NCBI GenBank assembly: GCA_043228905.1 | Contig: JBHGNT010000020.1 | Coordinates: 7,750,001-7,814,000, forward strand | Origin: Azolla caroliniana | Lineage: Eukaryota > Plantae > Polypodiophyta | DNA: 64,000 bases | Reading direction: 5' to 3' | Shown here: in pieces, positions 59,128 to 64,000 of the stretch | Position numbering within the stretch: the first letter of the stretch is position 1 | Layout of the letters: the number at the start of each line of letters is the position of its first letter | The notes under the pieces: model-generated | Database searches by the model: none | The model's input: only the letters and a program-made list of their open reading frames with translations | Told to the model about the DNA's origin: nothing | Translations under genes and position numbers: made by a program

Positions 59128-62100
59128 TGACAGGAACTACACGCTCCCTATGCGCAACGCTCGGCCACAACCGAGCTTAGAATCAAACACAGAAAAAAAC
59201 GGGGAATGAATACATGACACAAAGGAGAGAAGAGTACACAGGATGTTTACGTGGAAAACCCAACCTAGGGAAAAACCACGGCAGCCCACAGACTGCGAAC
59301 TATCACTATATCACGATGATTACAACAGTGAGCTCACGGAGGCAACGACCTCGTGCTCATGATCTTCGACACAGGCGGCGGTTACAACAGAGGCAACGAC
59401 CTCTTCGTTTCTTTCTCTCTCTCTCTCTCTCTCTCTGTACACTTTTGCGCTCTAATCTTACGCCAACAAGAATGACAACTCTCTTTTTACTAAAGTTTGC
59501 CCTAAGTCATATTTATACTAATATGACTTTTCGGCTATTTACAAATATAGCCCCGATGGACTCTCAGAAACATATTTACGAATATGTCCCTTCATCCGGT
59601 GAGCACTCTTCATCGGGCCTGCATCATCTGGCGCTTGCCGGGTACTCGTCATCCGGTTCTCACCGGGTCATCCGTAGCCGGGTACTCCTCATCCGGTTCT
59701 CACCGGGTCATCCGTAGCCGGGTACTCCTCATCTGATTCTCACCGGGTCATCCATAGCCAGGTACTCCTCATCCGGTTCTCACCGGGTCTTCATCATCCG
59801 GTTCTCATCGGGTCATCTGTAGCCGGGTACTCCTCATCCGGAGGGACCTGTTTCCTAACAAACTCCCCTTTCACTCCGGCATGGGGTGTCTTACTAGTCC
59901 GACCCACTTCCGACATGCATCCAGCTTGTCAGGTGTTAGTACTTTGGTCAGCATATCTGACCCATTCTCGGCCGTGTGGATCTTTGTCAGCGCGAACTCT
60001 TGGTCATCTACTCTTTCTCGGATCTAGTGATACCTACGCTGGATATGCTTTGTCCGGGAATGGTAGGCCGCATTCATAGCAAGGTGGATGGCACTTTAAC
60101 TATCGCAATAGAGCCGGTATTCATCTTGCCGGATACCGAGCTCTCCGATGAAGTCCTTCATCCATAATATTTCCTTGCCGGCTTCCACAGCCACCATGTA
60201 CTCCACCTCCGTGGTTGACAACGCAATCGTCTTCTGCAGCCTTGACTGCCACGAAACAGCTCCCCCTGCATATGTCATTACATACCCGGATGTAGACCGG
60301 CTGGTATCCACATCAGCTGACATGTCTGAATCGGTGAAACCGTCAAGTTGAGGTTTACCGGAGCTGAATCGGAGACACATATTTGAAGTTCCCTTCAGGT
60401 ACCGGAGTATCCATTTGACCGCGTTCCAGTGCTCCTTACCGGAATTGCTCATAAACCGGCTCACCACTCCGACTGGGTATCCTATAACCGGTCGGGTACA
60501 CACCATTGCGTACATTAAGCTCCCGACGGCAGAGGCATATGGAATCTTCATCATATCCACCTTCTCTGCTTTCGTCTTCGGGCTTTGCTTACCAAATTAA
60601 CCTGCAGTTTGCCGGAAGTGTCGATCCGACCGGTTTTGCATCTGACATGTTGAACCGCTGAAGCACCTTTGTCACGTACTTCTCCTGTGACAGCCACAAT
60701 TGCTTCGTTGGCCGGTTCCGGATGATATGCATCCCCAGCATCTGTCTTGCCGGACCCAAGTCTTTCATTGAGAAGGTCCTGTTGAGAGCCTTCTTCAGCA
60801 TCCGTATTTTGGATTGGTCCCGTCCGACGATCAACATGTCGTCTACGTACAGAAGGAGTATCAGGAAATCGCCTCCTTCGAACTTCTTCACAAACACGCA
60901 GTGAGCAGCCTGCGTCTTGTGGTACCCTTGATCGGTCATGAAGGGGTCGAACTTCCGGTACCATTGTCGGGGGGCTTGCTTCAACCCGTAGAGGCTCTTC
61001 TTCAACCGCCAAACCAGGTGCTCCTTCCCTTTCTCAACGAATCCTTCTGGTTGCTGCATTTAGATCTCCTCTTCGAGATCACCGTGAAGGAATGTCGTCT
61101 TCACGTCCAGCTGCTCTACCTCGAGGTCCATGCTTGCCGCTATACTCATCACCGTCCGAATGTAGGTCATCTTTAATACCGGGGCAAATATCTTGTCGAA
61201 GTCCACGCCCTTCTTCTGCTAGAACCCCTTCACCACGATCCTGGCTTTGTATCTCAGGGGGTTGCCGGCATCTCCCGGTTTCAACTTGTACACCCACTTG
61301 TTTCGGAGTGCCCGCTTTCCTTTCAGCAACTCCACCAATTCGTACGTATGGTTCTCATGCAGGGAATCCATCTCAACTTGCATGGCACTTAACCATTTGC
61401 GGTTGTGGGTGTCATCCTTCGCTTCTTCGAAGCTTTCTGGCTCCCCCTCATCGGTCAACAGCACATGCTCTACATCCGGAAATATCCGGGGGGGGGGGCT
61501 TCTCTCTCTGAGAGGATATCTCCGTCTTTGGGCTTCGGTAACCGGCTCCTCCATTTGATCTTCATCCAAATCCGATTCGGGGTCTTGGCCGGTTTTGGTT
61601 TCAGCTTCCTCTACTTCTTCTTCTGCCGGTTCGGTATCCTCACCGTAACCGGCTGGTTCCTCGAGTGCTAATCGATCTCTTGCCGATTGGGTCTGCTCAT
61701 CGTAGAGTCGATCCTTACCGGTCGACTCAGAGTTCATTATCTTCTTTTCCGACTCCTAGTCGGCGAGCGTCTTGTCCTCCATGAAAATAATATCTCGACT
61801 CCGGAATACCTTCTTGTCGACCAGGTCCCACACTCGATAGCCGAATTCATTGTCGCCGTAACCGAGGAATATGCATGGCCGGGTCTTCGGATCTAGTTTT
61901 CCTCTCCGGTCCTTAGCTACATGCACATACGCAAGACACCCGAATACCTTAAAATGCCGGTAGGACACTTCCTTACCGGTCCAGACTCTCTATGGCATGT
62001 CTTCGTCCAAGGGTACTGAGGGTGATCTGTTTATCACATATGTCGTCGTTGACAGTGCCTCAACCCAAAACTTCTTGGCTAGTTTTGCATGCGCCAGCAT

Positions 62101-64000
62101 ACTCCGGACCCTCTCCATTATGGTCCGGTTCATCCTCTCAACCAGCCCGTTTAGTTCCGGCGTCTTCGGCACGGTAAATTCGAGCCGGATTCCCTTCGAG
62201 CGACAGTACTCCTCGAACTGCCCCCGGTATTCACCTCCGTTATCTGCTCGAACTTCAGCTTCCGGCCTGTTTCTCTTTCCACTCTCGTGTGGAGCTCTTT
62301 GAAGACGGATAATACCTGATCCTTCGTCTTCAACGGTGTGGCCCATAGCTTCCGGCTGTGGTCATCTATGAACGTCACGAAGTACTGTGATCCTGCATGT
62401 GACTTCGTGTCCACTTGACACACATAAGTATGCACCAACTCCAGTGGTGCATTACGTCTCATCGGTGGCCTTGGCCGGAAGGAGGTCCGGTTTTGCTTAC
62501 CGGCCAGACAATCAGTGCACTTCTCCAAGTCCACGTTCTTCCCTGGAATGAGGTTGTCGTCTGCAAGCCTCTTCATCCCCTTCTCGCTCATGTGACATAG
62601 CCTTTTGTGCCACAGCTCACCGGCAGTGTCGGATGCCATGTTCACTTCCTCCGAACATAACCAGGCATTCATCAGGTACAGTGTGTTTACCTTCCAAGCC
62701 TGAGCCACAATCAGGCTCCCTTTGCTGAACTTCATAACACTGTTCCGGATGCTACCCGTGTAGCCTTCATCATCTAGCCGACCGGCAGATATCAAGTTCA
62801 GACGAACCTCCGAAACGTGTCAGACATCCTTCAACAACAGCTTGCATCCGGTTGGTGTTGTCAGCCACACGTCTCCTATGCCGACAATTCGGCATGTACC
62901 TTCATTCCCCATCCGGACACAGCCGTGATCACCGGCTGAGTAGGATGAGAAGCATTTCCGGTCCAGGGTAAGGTGGAACGACGCTCCGGAGTCGACAACC
63001 CAGGTCATCTCGTCGCCGGCAAGGTTTAGCTCACTCTCCTCGATGATGAGCATCAACTCTTCTTCACTTGCCACGATTGCCGTCGTTCCCTTCCGGTCCG
63101 GCCCCCTCCGGTCTTTACCGGTCCGGTCCGGTGTCCGCTTCGAATCGGTACCGTCGGTTTCCTTGTCTTTTCGGAAATGCCGACAGTTCTTTTGGAAGTG
63201 TCTCCGCTTGCCGCAATAGAAGCAAGTAGGCCTCCCCCTTGACTTTGACTGTGTCCCCGACTTCTCCCGGTTCTGGGGACTATGGTTCCTTTGTCTTCCG
63301 CGTTCCGATTCGGTTAGGAGCGCTTTGGTGTCAGAGCTCATATCCTTATCTTTCCGACGCGCCTCCTCATCTAGCAAGCTCGACTTCACTCTTGCTAGGG
63401 ATAACCGTTTCCCTTCTGGCCCGACGTTGCCCAAAGTGACAACCAACATCTCCCAGCTATCCGGGAGGGAACTGAGCAGGAGTAGCGCTAGTACCTCGTC
63501 GGCGAGAAGTACTTCCAATGATGTTGCCTGGTGTATCAGCCCCTAGAAGGCATTCATGTGCTCTGCCATGCTGGAGCCATCTTCGTATCGGAGTCTTACT
63601 AGCTTCCGGAATACCAAAACCTGTTTAACAACATTTTTGTTTTGAAACATAATGTCGATCTTCTCCCAGAGCTCATGAGCCTTGCTCTCTTCATTGAAGT
63701 TGTTGTATAGGCTCGTGTCGATGAAACACCGTATGTAGGTCGTTGTCTTCATGTGCATCACCTCCCATATCGTGGCGTCGATTTAGTCCGGTCTCTTGTC
63801 CCCGAACTGAACTGGCAACCAAAGATCTTTAACCACGAGCATGTCCCTCATCTTCGACTTCCACACAGAATAGTCGGAGCCGGTGAGCTTGAACATGCCT
63901 CCCAACGATTCGTCCATTTTCTGTGTCATTTTGCTCTAATACCACTTTGACAGGAACTACACGCTCCCTATGCGCAACGCTCGGCCACAACCGAGCTTAG
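59128..64000 (-). mobile_element. Tnt1/Tork-like copia, near full length, degenerate; 5' LTR runs off the window
   Basis: 3' LTR 59128-59860; 5' LTR begins at 63948 with the same tgacaggaactac; PBS 63944-63933; CFYCGKRRHFQKNC, WVVDSGAS, FIDDHSRK, YVDDML, FTDSDMSA. Confidence 0.93.
59636..59841. repeat. 40-bp tandem repeat in the LTR U3
   Basis: gccgggtactcctcatccggttctcaccgggtcatccgta, about 5 copies. Confidence 0.9.

Noticed and set aside
59115-59135. Microhomology deletion (cactttgac) joining two Tork-like elements
   Set aside because: The junction has four T's (acttt + tgac), as expected for a normal insertion; the far TSD is outside the window.

Overview
Plant-type intergenic DNA made almost entirely of nested transposable elements; the TE repertoire suggests a non-seed plant such as a fern (inference). 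No intact host gene, rRNA, tRNA or CRISPR array was seen. Main contents: (1) a ~10-kb Sola2-type DDD DNA transposon (2545-18236, 25-bp TIRs, TTCA TSD). Besides its spliced transposase it carries a convergent multi-exon RING-H2 gene and a degenerate FCP1/NIF phosphatase ORF, and two large introns are filled with arrays of one 14-bp palindrome. (2) Several Ty1/copia elements, three of which have two polypurine tracts and an in-frame acidic-then-Arg-rich extension of Pol. (3) A tRNA-Trp-primed Ty3/gypsy with a likely -1 frameshift signal between protease and RT. (4) A TSD-flanked Pack-type insertion holding a ribosomal protein P3 pseudogene, itself split by a very young, intact chromovirus with TG..TA LTR ends. 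(5) A degenerate L1 LINE with two tandem ORF1 copies. Coordinates and alignments were read by eye; family assignments rest on recognised motifs, not database searches.
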